NCBI GenBank assembly: GCA_032718475.1
Contig: JAUCBJ010007042.1
Location: 50,814 to 114,813, forward strand
Length of the DNA: 64,000 bases
From: Nemertoderma westbladi
Taxonomy: Eukaryota; Animalia; Xenacoelomorpha
Reading direction: 5' to 3'
Position 1 is the first letter of the stretch; each line of letters starts with the position of its first letter. Under the pieces are notes generated by a model. That model was given only the letters and a program-made list of their open reading frames with translations, was not told the DNA's origin and searched no databases. Shown here piece after piece: positions 21,490 through 33,846 of the stretch. The translations under genes were made by a program, and so were the position numbers.

Positions 21490-21780
21490 CCCGCCAACCC
21501 AGTCCGTGTCCGAGTGGCCAATCCTCTCGATGGGCGGCACCCCTCCGAACTCGTCGTCGTCTTCCTCCTCCTCTGGCAGTGGCTCCAACCCCGAACCCCG
21601 GTATCCCGATGGATCCACTATGTCCCTTCCCGCCTTGGCTCTCGCCCGTAGCTCTCCATCCCTCTAGCTCCCTTAGCTTCCTTGGCGGTTGGTCGCCTTC
21701 GGCACCCGCTGGTATGGGCATCGCTTGCAACCCCGACGTCGACTGTTTCGGCGTTCCACCGTCCATCCCAATTCTCGCCC
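21490..21780 (-). repeat. Inverted, slightly diverged copy of 25975-26258 (part of the accessory ORF)
   Basis: The same peptide PKQSTSGLQAMPIPAGAEGDQPPRKLRELEGW... and EEEEDDDEFGGVPPIERIGHSDTDW is encoded on opposite strands at the two sites. Confidence 0.9.
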
Positions 21781-21805
21781 TAGAGACTGGTAATTGACTG
21801 GGGTG

Positions 21806-23544
21806 GCCCAGCGGACTTGTTATCATGGGGCGTGGCACGCCACATTTTCTTAAAAAAGGAAAGATTGTGGCAACACGGGCCGCAGTTTCTGAGCGACAAG
21901 GAGGCCTGGCCGCCGATGAGAAAGGTGGACCCGGACTCAGGAGAGGTAGTGTCAGTAGGAGAAGAGGGAGATTCAGAGGGAGAAGAGATATACTCCTAGA
22001 TGGTGAGGGAGATAAGGGACGTGCAACCTAAATCAGAAGAACTGTGCGATAACCCGACAGATAAACTCCTCAGCTACAGCTCTAGTTGGTATAAGACCAA
22101 GAAATTAGTGGCGTACTGGAGAGCCTTTGGGAATTTCCTCGCGGGAGTTGGCAAAGACAAGAAGATCAGGACAACCATAGATCTGGAAGGAGCGGCCAAG
22201 GCAGTCATCCGCTATGAACAACGGAAGAACTATGGCGACGAGGTGGAACGCGTCGGTAACCAACAGCACCTTCGACGGGACAGCGAGCTGATCACGCTGT
22301 CGCCACAACTTAATGACGACCGGATTCTAGTAATGAATTCTAGGGTGGGATACAACAACAGCATAATCGTTCCACCGAAACCCATCATCATTCCCACAGG
22401 ATCGCCAATAGTCCACCAGATTATCTGGGACTCCCATAAGTCGATATTGCACGGGGGCACCAACAGAACTCTCACGGAGATAAGGAGGACCTTTTGGGTC
22501 AAGCAGTTGAGGAAGAAGGTAAAAGCGGTAGTGGGGCAGTGCCAGACCTGCCGACGAGCGAAGAAGGAGCGAGCCATACAAGAGATGGCGCCACTACCGG
22601 CGAGTAGAGTAAGACAGCACGACCCGCCATTTACACATTGCGGTGTGGACATGTTCGGGCCGATAAAGATCAAGGTGATGCGGCACACGGAGAAACGCTA
22701 CGGTATCATCTTCGTATGTAACAACACGCGGGCGGTAGGGATAGAACTCGCCCAAGATGCAACCACATCAGCATTTATTAATGCATTAGAAAGATTCAGA
22801 GACCGCAAAGGTGGGACGATCGCAGTAATGTACTCCGACAGCGGAACCAACTTTGTGGGAGCAGAGAATGAGATGGCAGAGGCCTTGGACATCTTGGAAG
22901 GGGAGGAAGTCAGGGCGGCCATGAGACGACGACAAGTAAAGTGGGAGAGAAGGACGCCGTATGCACCACATACACTAGGATGCGTCGAGAGATTGGTGGG
23001 CAGTTCAAAGCGTCTAATGACGAAGCTAATGAACACCCACATGGTCACTGAGGACGTCTTAAGGACAGTGCTTGCGAAGTGCGAGGGGATCATTAATAGC
23101 AGACCGCTATATCCGGAGAATGATGACCCTGAGTCATTAGATGTGCTGACACCCAGCCATTTTCTAATGGAAAGGCCAGCGACCATCGACATGCGGGGTG
23201 TAGACCCAGATGACATACACTCCCGCCAGAGTTGGAAAGTCGCTAAAGCAATAAGCGCAGAGTATTGGAGGAGGTGGGTAGAAGAATACCTACCCACGCT
23301 CCATAAAAGAAGCAAGTGGAGGAAGCCGAATAGGGAGTTAAGAGAGGGAGATCTCGTAATCGTTACGGATGATACTATCATCAACAACCAATGGCGGTTG
23401 GCGAGAGTTGTAGGCACTTACTCCGACGAGGACGGAAGAGTCCGATCGGTAGAAGTGCGGATAGGTGGTAAGATAGGTGCGAAGGACAGAAAAACCTACA
23501 GGAGAGCTGTAGGGAAATGCTGTCTGTTAGAAGGGGCACCTTAG
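21806..23544 (+). pseudogene. BEL/Pao pol 3' part (end of RNase H plus integrase) with one in-frame TAG at 21997-21999
   Basis: PADLLSWG..LWQHGPQFL; H..H/CQTC; VDMFGP; SDSGTNF; CVERLV; INSRPL; LTPSHFL; C-terminal WRLARV...DGRVRSV. Confidence 0.92.
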
Positions 23545-23659
23545 TGGAGTTAGAGAAGAGTTTAGTCGTCCAAGTTTTGGACTGAGGGGGGTGGGATTGA
23601 GGGCGAGACGCCCTTCCCACACATAAAAAATAGAAAATAAAAATAAAATAATAGTACAT

Positions 23660-24240
23660 AGTAGGTACGCAGTTAGTAGGCAGAAGTTAGTCAGTAAGAA
23701 GGTACGTAGTACCTAGAGTTAGTTAGTTAGTTAGGAGGTACGTAGTACCTAGAGTTAGTTAGTTAGTTAGGAGGTACGTAGTACCTAGAGTTAGTTAGTT
23801 AGTTAGGAGGTACGTAGTGCCGTTAGTTAAGAGAAGAGTTAGAGGGTACGTAGTACCGCTAGTTAGAGAGTTAGAGGGTACGTAGTACCGTTAGTTAGTT
23901 AGAGAGTTAGAGGGTACGTAGTACCGTTAGTTAGAGAAGAGTTAGAGGGTACGTAGTACCGCTAGTTAGAGAGTTAGAGGGTACGTAGTAGCGTTAGTTA
24001 GTTAGAGAGTTAGAGGGTATGTAGTACCGTTAGTTAGAGAGTTAGAGGGTACGTAGTACCGTTAGTTAGAGAGTTAGAGGGTACGTAGTACCGTTAGTTA
24101 GAGAGTTAGAGGGTACGTAGTACCGTTAGTTAGAGAGAGAGTAAGAGTTAGAGGGTACGTAGTACCGTTAGTTAGAGAGAGAGTAAGAGTTAGAGGGTAC
24201 GTAGTACCGTTAGTTAGAGAGAGAGTAAGAGGTAGAAGGG
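23660..24240 (+). repeat. Tandem repeat (~30-40 bp units) between integrase and accessory ORF
   Basis: Units of GTTAGAGGGTACGTAGTACCGTTAGTTAGAGA, each with the mini-hairpin GGTAC-GTA-GTACC. Confidence 0.9.
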
Positions 24241-24701
24241 TATATAATATAGATATTAATTAGCAGTTAGTAGCGAGAGGGGGGCGTATGAGTACAGTTG
24301 GATAGATCGTGTAGGCCGCGCGACATATACTGCTGTACTGCACAGGCCCACAGAGTAGGCCAGAATGTGGATTAGGAGATAGAATAATCCATAGGCAGTA
24401 GCAAGTGGTAAGACAGTAGGGTTAAAATAAATTAGAATAAATAAGAAAAAGGGCTAAAGAATTACAAATTATGGTAACAGCGATAAGAAAATTCTGGAAC
24501 ATAATTAAAGTAACAGACAGAAATTGTAAATTAGGCTCATTTATTAGCTAGGGAATTAAATAGTAAGAATTTAGATTAAAAGGCGCCACTAGATAGGAAA
24601 TAGGCCATTATCAGACCGTACAGAACATCTTAGCTACATCACTCATCTGTATTGCGCCTTGGTAAGGCACCACCTTACAGGTGAGCGAGTGAGTGTTCGG
24701 A

Positions 24702-26869
24702 ATGGCGAGCAAACTGATCAGAAAGAGAAAGGCGGAGTCAGGAGGAAAGGAGATACTGGTGGATTTCACCAAGAGGCATCCGGAAGAGAAGACAAGAGGA
24801 TATTACGAGCGGTTGGAAAAGGGTCACGCGGCACGAGCGCTGCAGGACCACTTCAGGGAGATGCACGAGCAGCGGCTGGTCGGGACCTACAGGACGCCGT
24901 CGCTGGACAACGCGATCTTCCAACACTTCCACTACGTGGTAAAAGGGGAAGAGGAGAAGTTCGGGATTCCGAAGTACCCGAGGGAGTCGCCGAAGAAGGA
25001 TTGGAAGAGGTTCATAGAGTCCATCAACAGGGGAGGATATATGATCCTAGACGACGAGGGAACCGTGGAAGACGAGGTGGGTTCGAGACGAGGATCGCGG
25101 GGTCGGCCAGGACCATACTCCTGCATTTGGCCGCGCCAAATGGGGACATTTTCTTATTCGACCTAGGAACGTATGGGAAGAAGGACGGGCCGAAATTAAA
25201 CCGGTTGCCGAAAGCGGTGCAAGTCCTGGTAAGAGAGAAGTCGACGACGAAGGTGGGATCGGCGATCCGCGACGACGCGGAAAGAATCATCGGTCGGGAC
25301 ACCCCCAACCTTTTGGACACGCAGACGGTCTTCATGGCTATGACAGCGACAGACGGGTTGGGAGTGGTGGAGAACACAGGCCAGTGCGGAGCGGTGGCGA
25401 TGGGCCAGCTATTGGGGCTCGTGTGCCACAAACCGACGGACTGGGGAAAGTTTAGAGAAGAATACGGAGCAGAACTAGCGAACTCGCTAAAGTGGGGAGC
25501 GAGACCAGGAAAGCAGGAGGTATATCAATTCCGCAGAGGAGCGATAAAGGTATATCAGAAGCGATATATCCTGCAGGAAGATTGGATGATGATAAGTTTG
25601 CTTAACTTATTCATGATCGTGGTTATCGAGAGGGAACCAGCGGCATTTCTGTTATCGGGATCACCCCTAAGCTACAGGAGAGCCTTTAAAACGGCCTTCG
25701 ACGGTCTGGTAGACCACCCGGGGCTGAAGGGCGAGTCGGTGTACTACAACAGCCGACATCTGATAGACGGGGAGACAGATACGCCGTATCAGAGATGGGA
25801 GCAGCTAGAGACGGATAGACGAGAAGCAAAGCGACTGGAAGAAGTCGCTAGACGGGAGAGGATAGAAGCAGAGGAGAGGGAGGAGGAGGCCAGGACGCAG
25901 AGTTACGGCTTCGAGGAACAGGCAGGCTTAGACGAACTTCGTTGGACTTCATCAGGGAGTTCGGGGGAGTCTCGCGAGAATTGGGATGGACGGTGGGATC
26001 GCCGAAACAGTCGACGTCGGGGTTGCAAGCGATGCCCATACCAGCGGGCGCCGAAGGCGACCAACCGCCAAGGAAGCTAAGGGAGCTAGAGGGATGGAGA
26101 GCTACGGGCGAGAGCCAAGGCGGGAAGGGACATAGTGGATCCATCGGGATACCGGGGTTGGAGCCACTGCCAGAGGAGGAGGAAGACGACGACGAGTTCG
26201 GAGGGGTGCCGCCCATCGAGAGGATTGGCCACTCGGACACGGACTGGGTTGGCGGGAGGGTGGTGACGGCCAGTGGGGCGAGGGCCTTCTGGGATAGACC
26301 CGACAAGCGGGCCTGGGTGCACGAGGAGCCGGCGATGGATTTCGCGGGGAGCAATATCAGGTTGGGCGAGCAACCGGGGACGGCACCACGGGTAGTATTC
26401 GGGGAGACGATGCCCGAGAGGGGCGGAGAGATCGACGTAGACAGGGACACCAACGTGCAGAAGTTCGCCTACCAGCGACTCCACAGACCGCGGAGATCGC
26501 TTGGGACGAAAGACGACGTGGGGCGGGAGACATTGGTACTCGGTTGCGACTACTGTGGGAGACAGACCCACCAGGAAAGGAGTTGTTTGTACCGGTTCCA
26601 AAAGGGAACCTTTTGTCTCTACTGCCGCGAGTCGAGCCACAGGATGGGGGCGTGTCCATGGTTGCATAACCGATGTCCGAAGTGCAACTTTCGGGGACAC
26701 TACGGACGCCAGTGCGACTGGATGGACGACGAAGAGAAGTTCAGAAGATTCGAGGAGTGGGCCGACGTCGGGGCCATGACGCGCCAGCGCATGAAGGCCC
26801 AGGAGTTCAAGTGGGGTTTCTTCCTTATCAATCAGGAGGCTCACATGGAAATCGTGGATCCCGTCACAA
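24702..26869 (+). CDS. Accessory gene of BEL element 2: DEDDy (WRN/EXD/Mut-7-like) 3'-5' exonuclease + coiled coil + three CCHC knuckles; two frameshifts, 3' end replaced
   Basis: ExoI ILDDEG (25044-25061); LLHLAAPNGDIFLFDL; LPKAVQVLVREKSTTKVGSAIRDD (ExoII); NLLDTQTVF; YQKRYILQED (ExoIII-like). Then CDYCGRQTHQERSC, CLYCRESSHRMGAC, CPKCNFRGHYGRQC. Pieced together from ORFs 24693, 24659 and 25942. Confidence 0.75.
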
Positions 26870-27098
26870 TTATCAAAAAAGAAAGACAGGCATCTGGCTG
26901 TTGAACTATTAGTAGTTGAACAGTTGAATTAGTACGATAGAGCTTGTTGTTGTTGCGAACCCTGAGGATGCCCCGAGGGGCGAAATTAATTGTTAATTGA
27001 ATTATATTTTATTGATATTATACAGTACTGCATTATATGGGCGTGTAAAACTCCAACTGAAATAGTTTTTATCATTAAGTTACAACAAAACGTATTAA

Positions 27099-27809
27099 GG
27101 GGGGGGTACACCATTTTCGGACAACTGTTCGATTTATCACTCTCAGCGTTTCAAAATTGTTTGATTTTGGCTAAAATTTGGCATATAGGTACCTAAGATG
27201 CTATTATACATGACAGGTCAGAAAATTTTTTTTTTCGCTATTTAATATTAGTTAATACTAGTTAACAACAAAAAAAACGTGATTGCGCTTAAAACCCTAA
27301 GGCTTTTACAGTTTTGAATCTAATAACATGAAAGTTTTTTTATATGATAGATCAAAGATGGGGCAACATAACTTTCAGGCGAAATTTTGTTAAAATAATT
27401 CTGCACCGCTAGGTGGCGCTGCAAATTTATGCAAATTTTTAGGTTTTTTATAAATAGTATTAAATTTTATTAACAAAAAATTTCGAAAAGTTGCCTGATA
27501 CTTTTATGCAGGGTGGCTATCTAGACACCCACAGGAAGTTTCAGACTAATTACTCAAAAATTGTAGAAGTAGTAGGGTTTTGAAGTTGACAATTTCATGA
27601 AAAAAATATTTGGAGATAATCGACCTTTCATTATACATAGTAATAGTAATTTCAATAGGATTCCGTAAATGGAAATTTACATAACTTGAAAACTAATTAA
27701 GAGCTATTAAATAGCGGTTTTCAGATTTGGACACACCATGCAATGGTGCATTATAGTAGACCATAAAAAAAAATCCGACATATTTTGGACCAAAATGGTG
27801 TCCCCCCCC
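27099..27809. mobile_element. Non-autonomous Kolobok-like DNA transposon
   Basis: TTAA on both sides (27095-27098, 27810-27813); imperfect TIR GGGGGGGG(T)ACACCATTTT. Purine termini with a TTAA TSD fit Kolobok rather than piggyBac. Abuts and truncates a LINE RT fragment. Confidence 0.75.
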
Positions 27810-27813
27810 TTAA

Positions 27814-28260
27814 ACTGTCATATATCTTGGCTAGAGTTGACATTATGCTAATTCCGCGATAATTGCCACAGATTAACCTGTTTCCGGATTTAAATAAAAT
27901 AACCAATTTTCTAACTACCCAAGTTGCTGGGAATAATGTGCTTGTAAAAATTACATTTAATATGAATAATATTGTTAATAGCCATGACCCTGGAAGTCTT
28001 GTTAAAAGCCCTGGGCTGATACCAATATACGCCTTACTGGTGTTCAGATCAGCGAGAACTTCAGCGAACTCGCGTTCCGTAAATTCATCATCTAATAGCG
28101 GGATATATGGTGCATCCGTTATATCCACATCTCCTACATCTACCACATCCTTGGGATTTAGTAGAGCTTGGAAATGGGATTTGAACTCTAAGTCGTCCGG
28201 TTTCTTAGTGCTCAGTTCCTGATCACAAGTTGACAGATTCCCATTCAAATCTAATGCGTT
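27814..28260 (-). pseudogene. Non-LTR retrotransposon (LINE) RT fragment
   Basis: LDDEFTERE...KAYIG...FPATW...LFKSG...NYRGISIMSTLAKIYD, typical of RT domains 0-2. Confidence 0.8.
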
Positions 28261-29342
28261 CCATATTGATTTATATACATATCCTATACATTGCTATCAG
28301 CTGATGAACTACTTGTGAATTAGTAATTGCACTAATAATGGTGGCCTTAGAGTTGATGCACCCTATCCATTGGCTGCCTGTATCACGCCACTTTCCCTGG
28401 GCAATATTAGGCAATATTAAATCAAAACAAAGCAAATTTGAGGTCAATCAATTCTGCAATTTTGTGAAATTAAATTATTAATACTCCTATACTTTGTGAG
28501 TAATTCCAGAACGTTAATCAAATAATCAAACCAAAAATTTGATTAAACTAGCTACTGGAGTAAAAGATCATATAACTAAACATTTTAATGCTAAATTTGT
28601 TAATAATTACCAACGTAATTACTGTTCTAGAATAAATAATGAGAAATCAACAGAGAAATCTTCTAAATCATTGATTGGATAAATATTTAATTATCCACAT
28701 TTATGGAAGTTTCATTGGCTGTTCTTTATTGTCCGCAAATGCGGATATTAAAGACTTTATAATCCACACTTTTACGGATAATAAAAGGGATAATTTAAAG
28801 AATAATTATTTATTACATGGGAAAATAGTAGAACTTTTTTTCACTATTCTCGAGGCATTTTGATAAAGGGTCGAGAGAATATTTAAAAAAAAAATTTTAT
28901 TTTTCCTTTGTAATACGTAATTTTATTCTTAAATTGATACTTTTTTGTTGCTTTAATTCTTTAATAAAACGTACAGCGATATAGTGGTACAAAATCAATT
29001 GAACTGTAGTATTTTACAATATTGCTTCCATAGTTACTGCGATTCAAATTACTGTAATCTTCAACTTGTGATGCTGTCTTTCTCAATGTTAAATAAATAA
29101 ATTTTATTTTAATAAATTTTACAAATAACAATTTAGTTAATTTAATTAAGGTGACCGACCATTACCGGACCCCAATATATTATTTTATTTATAAAGCTAC
29201 TATTCTGAAATTTTAACACAATGATCTGTGATAATTTACTATGAAATTTAAGTAGGCCTTATGGATAGCTTCGTAAATCCATTCACACATTCACTCATAG
29301 TGTCTGCGCGGCGTACTCCAAAACGGAACTTAATATCGGTGT

Positions 29343-29512
29343 GCGGACACTCCCCCCCCCCCCGGACACTTCCCCCCCCCCCCCGGACAGTTCCCCCCGT
29401 TCATGTAGGACACTTCCCCCCCGGACAGTTCCCCCCGCTCAAGAAGGACACTTCCCCTCAGACACTTCCCCCCCAGACACATCCCCCCCGCGGACACTTC
29501 CCCCCCGACTGT
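29343..29512. repeat. C-rich minisatellite (CGGACACTTCCCCCC)n
   Basis: About 8-9 degenerate units, resembling a transposon subterminal array. Confidence 0.75.
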
Positions 29513-30033
29513 TCTTAACTTCGCACATTCGTATTTTTCATTTTGTAAGGTAAACGGACCGCTTATATCCAGATAAGTTGAATCCTATTTTCCTTTCGTA
29601 GCTCAGAAAGTGATCTTTTGCATCCCGATTTTACATTTTATATCCAAATTTTATTTATGGGTTTTATCAATGCAATTACATCGTATTGTTTGCTAATGTT
29701 TAAACAATTAATTAGATGACCTATAAATTCCATCCCCCGAATGATATACTGTTTTTATTAACTAATACCTCCCCAGGGTAAAATCGACATGCGTGTCGAC
29801 CTGTATTCTGTGTTCAGCATTGCATATTGATAAATTAATTAAATTTCCTGGTTACTTGCAATATTTGTAATAGGATTTTGTTGAATTATATAATATTGTA
29901 GTCATTTATATATTAATTTGGTTAACATTCAATACAGCTCCTACTTTAGGTATAGTCAATTTATTATCTGATAAAACAAACATTAATTGATTATTTAAAA
30001 TGGTCTCAAAGCTATTGCAACTGTAATTAATGG

Positions 30034-30285
30034 AGGCAGGGGGGGGGGGGGGGGGGACTGGACGCAAATCCCGCCTTGCAAATTAATATCCCGCCTCAAT
30101 GTTAAATTCTCAATTTAGGGAAAGGAGCAGGTTACAGTGGCACGTTATTTTAACCAAAACAATAAACTAAGCACAATAGAACAGGTTACAGTTTTATTTT
30201 TGAGAATAATCAGCGGTTATTTGCGTCGAATTTCCCCTGGAGAGGGGGGATGAATTTTTATTGCGTCCAGTTTCCCCCTTTTCTG
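30034..30285. mobile_element. MITE with ~9-bp TSD (Mutator-like), copy 1
   Basis: Inverted ends GGGG(AA)ACTGGACGCAA / TTGCGTCCAGTTTCCCC; flanks AATTAATGG / AATTAATGA; homologous to 33847-34103. Confidence 0.7.
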
Positions 30286-31279
30286 AATTAATGATGTAAT
30301 GTAAATGGTTTTTGTAATGTAAAACCATTTACATTACATCATTAATTACAGTTGCAACAACTCAACTCAAAGTTTTAAAATATAAACATTTCTTTCCTCC
30401 GTCAGTTTCTAGTTTTTTTTATCATGCTGTTGTCACATTCGCAACAAAAAATTCTAAGAATTAGTTTGGCCGATAAATAATTTATATGGAATCAGGGCAG
30501 ATATTAGGAATTACTGTTGATTGGCTGAGATTTCTATGAGGTTACCTAGCAACTGTGATGCATTCTGTGGGTGTTCATTAATCTTGGCAGTAGAACTGTG
30601 GAATGCCTATGTGGTAGTTAGTTTCCCAGCAACAAGTGATACAGCTTACAAGAATTCATTTCATCAGCCAATCTTATAACAACTTACTGGGAAGGATGCA
30701 GTTGTATTTTACGGTAGGGTGGCCGTTTATATATTGTAATATACCTTTGTACGCTTTGTTATTAAGCCAGCTACATTCAATGATTGTATTGTTAATTGAA
30801 AGTGATATATATTAATGTATTGCTCACCTAATTATATACCACATAAATTAATATTTATTTATTATCATTATTATGGTATATTAATTAATTGTGTGTTACC
30901 TTTTACAGTATTATCAGACTAGGCTACAACCGTGTTCCTTTCAAATTATTGTACCTTTCAGCTCCTGATAATGCCTTGCTCAATGTTAAATAACTCTAAG
31001 TTCTGAAATATATAAAGAAAACCGACCAATTACAGGCATCCAATATTGGATATTATTAAGTTCCATTTTGGTATAGACCGTGCACATTAAGTTTTAATGA
31101 GCTTTAAGTGTGGATGTAGTCATTTGCTTGCAATTTCGTGAAATTCTACCATAAAAATGTTATTGCCGTTAATTCCTTAAAACGCCGATGTAAGTTCGAG
31201 AGTGTTTGCGATCTCAGCGATACTAGTCACCGGTACCGGCTGACGGGGGTGGTTGTACTGTATAATTCTTAACTTTATA

Positions 31280-32866
31280 GAAGTAAAAGTGTCTGAGTCT
31301 GTACTTCCAGATATTCCCATTGGCGATATCTCCTTTGCAGAAATGAAGGCTGCTGCAAAGAGCATTAAGACCAATCGTGCCAGTGGAGTAGATGGTGTTC
31401 CCCCTAAGGTCTTAAAATACCTGAGTGGTTAAAGCTCATCTATCACATCATAGTAGAAATGTACCGAACAACAAGAGTCCCACAAGAAATGAAAACAAAT
31501 AAGTTGGTGCCAGTTCCCAAGAAGGGCAACCTAACACTCTATGGTTCTTTTCGGGGAATCTCATTGATCTCGATTGCTGCAAAGCTATACAATAGGATTC
31601 TATTAAATCGCATCAGGGATCCCATTGACAGACTGCTCCGTGGAAATCAGAATGGGTTCCGTAAAGGTCGTGGGACCATGGAGCCCATTTTGGCACTTAG
31701 AAGGATAATTGAAGAGTTATCAAAAAAGAAAGACAGGCATCTGGCTGTTATCTTTGTTGACTTCTTCAAGGCCTTTGATTCAGTCTCTCGCTCACGTATG
31801 TTCAGCATACTTTCATTATATGGGATTCCTAATGAAATTATTGCAGCAATCAGATCAGTATACGATGGTTCGACAACATTTGTCTCTACTGTTGACGGTG
31901 ACACAGAACCATTTGAAGTGTTATGGGGCGTCCTCCAGGGAGACACACTTGCCCCATTCTTGTTCATAATTGTGGTTGACTATATTCTACGCATGTCCTT
32001 AGATCATCATAATGATGATGGGGTGATGATAATTCCACCTACTGGCTCCAGAAGTCGAGGAAATCCTGCCAAGTACCTAACTAATCTAGACTTTGCTGAT
32101 GACTTAGGAACACTCTCAGAATCACTAGAGGGAGCCCAACGGCTCCTCAGCTCATTATAACATGCTGCTTCTAGTGTTGGTCTTTTTATTAACTCCAGAA
32201 AGACCAAAATTTTGACAGTTAACTTTGAAAGTCCTCAGCAAGTCTCTGATCGGATGAGCATAAGCTCACAAGATGGTATGCTTGAGCATGTGGACGACTT
32301 CTGTTACCTGGGACCATGGATCGGGAAGTCAGGTGAGGACCTTCGAATACATAAAGGAAAGGCATGGGCAGCCTTGAATAGGCTTTCCAGGATTTGGAAG
32401 TCACCGAGAATTAATCAGAAACGTAAGGTTCGATTATTTAGAGCAGCAGTAGTTCCAGTACTCCTCTATGGGAGTCCATGGAGGTCTATAACTGCTGAGG
32501 ACACCAAATCTCTGGATGGCACATTCACAAGAATGCTACGCCGGGTTCATTGTGTCAAGTACAATGCACACATCTTCAACCAGACACTATATAACATTGG
32601 AGGTGTCTCATTGGTTCCCCCAAGCTTGGCACTAGAACAAAATCGCCTCCGCTTTACAGGACATTGCTTTCGCCGTGAAGACCTGCCAGTGCATAATCTT
32701 GCACTTTGGCAGCCTCATGGAGTGAATAAGGCCTGAAGATGCGGATGATCTAGCAAATGTCATGGCTGATAGGGAGTTGTGGCGGCGCAATTTTGTCGAC
32801 AAGCCGGCACAGCATTCTTAATAATGCAGCTGCAATGCAGCATGCCGATCCTAGTAGTAGTAGTGG
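31280..32866 (+). pseudogene. 5'-truncated, degenerate LINE (RTE-like) with RT domain and (TAG)n tail
   Basis: RASGVDG, FRGISL, QNGFRKGR, FVDFFKAFDSV, GVLQGDTLAP, DFADD, FCYLG; stops and frameshifts; ends CCTAGTAGTAGTAG. Confidence 0.9.
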
Positions 32867-33846
32867 TTGTATAATACAGGAAAAATGAAAAACAAAAAGA
32901 ACGAGTTGTGTTGAATCATCAATTTATTCTAACTGATCTTGTTCTCTATTGGTTTTAACCATGATGTTTCACTGAGCTGACTTTATTTTACTAAGATTTT
33001 AACCCCCCAAACTACGTGTAAAACCCGACTGTCCAGTCCGCGTCTGTCATAAAGTTGGTCGGTAGGCCGTCAGCGGTCCGTCGGTAGTCCTGCGGGTCTG
33101 TTCCTTGCAATGTGTCACTGTAACCTGATTCCTTTTCAGGCTCGTGCTAAGCTGACCGGCGCCGCTTGTTGGCTGTCTGTTGGGTGTCTGTCAGGGTTGG
33201 CGAGTGGATACAGCAGTGATGCTGTATATCACTCCATCGGGATCCCTTAGTGTACCACTCGCCCCTTGCAATCCCTTTCGGGGTTGGTCCTAAGGCAAGT
33301 CAAGCGGCTTTGTCAGTTCCTTATGACGCCTATTGTTATCATGGCCCGATGTACCAAGCTGATCAGCGCCACTCAGGCGGTCGGTCCTAGTCCATTGGTC
33401 TGACCCTTGCTTTGCCTAGTGTCATCGTAACACGATACATTTTCAGGCTCGTGCTGCTAACCGGCGCTGCTCGGGGTCCGCTGTCCCTCTGGCGCTAGAC
33501 TAGCCCTTGGCCTTGGCAACCAGGAACTCTACCTTACTTATTCTTGGAACTCTGGCCCCCTTTATAAGCATGGTGAGTGACGGTTTTTTGTTTAGTTGAC
33601 CATCAAAACCGTCACAACTATAGTAATATTAGCTTTCTGGATTTCCGGTTTTTTGCAAACGGTGTCCAGGACATTGAAATTGGAATATGCCCGGTACCGG
33701 TATTGATAATAATGCTAACAAATGTTAACATTTTCTTATTTTTTTTTAACCGGTATCGTTAGCGTTCGGAAAAAGAGGGAATTATATTCAATCCTATTGG
33801 GTATATTTTTTCCCTACTGAAAATTGCCTCTTTCTCTCGATTTTGG

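Noticed and set aside
28295-28340. CTGATGA hammerhead-like start
   Set aside because: No GAAA after the putative stem II.
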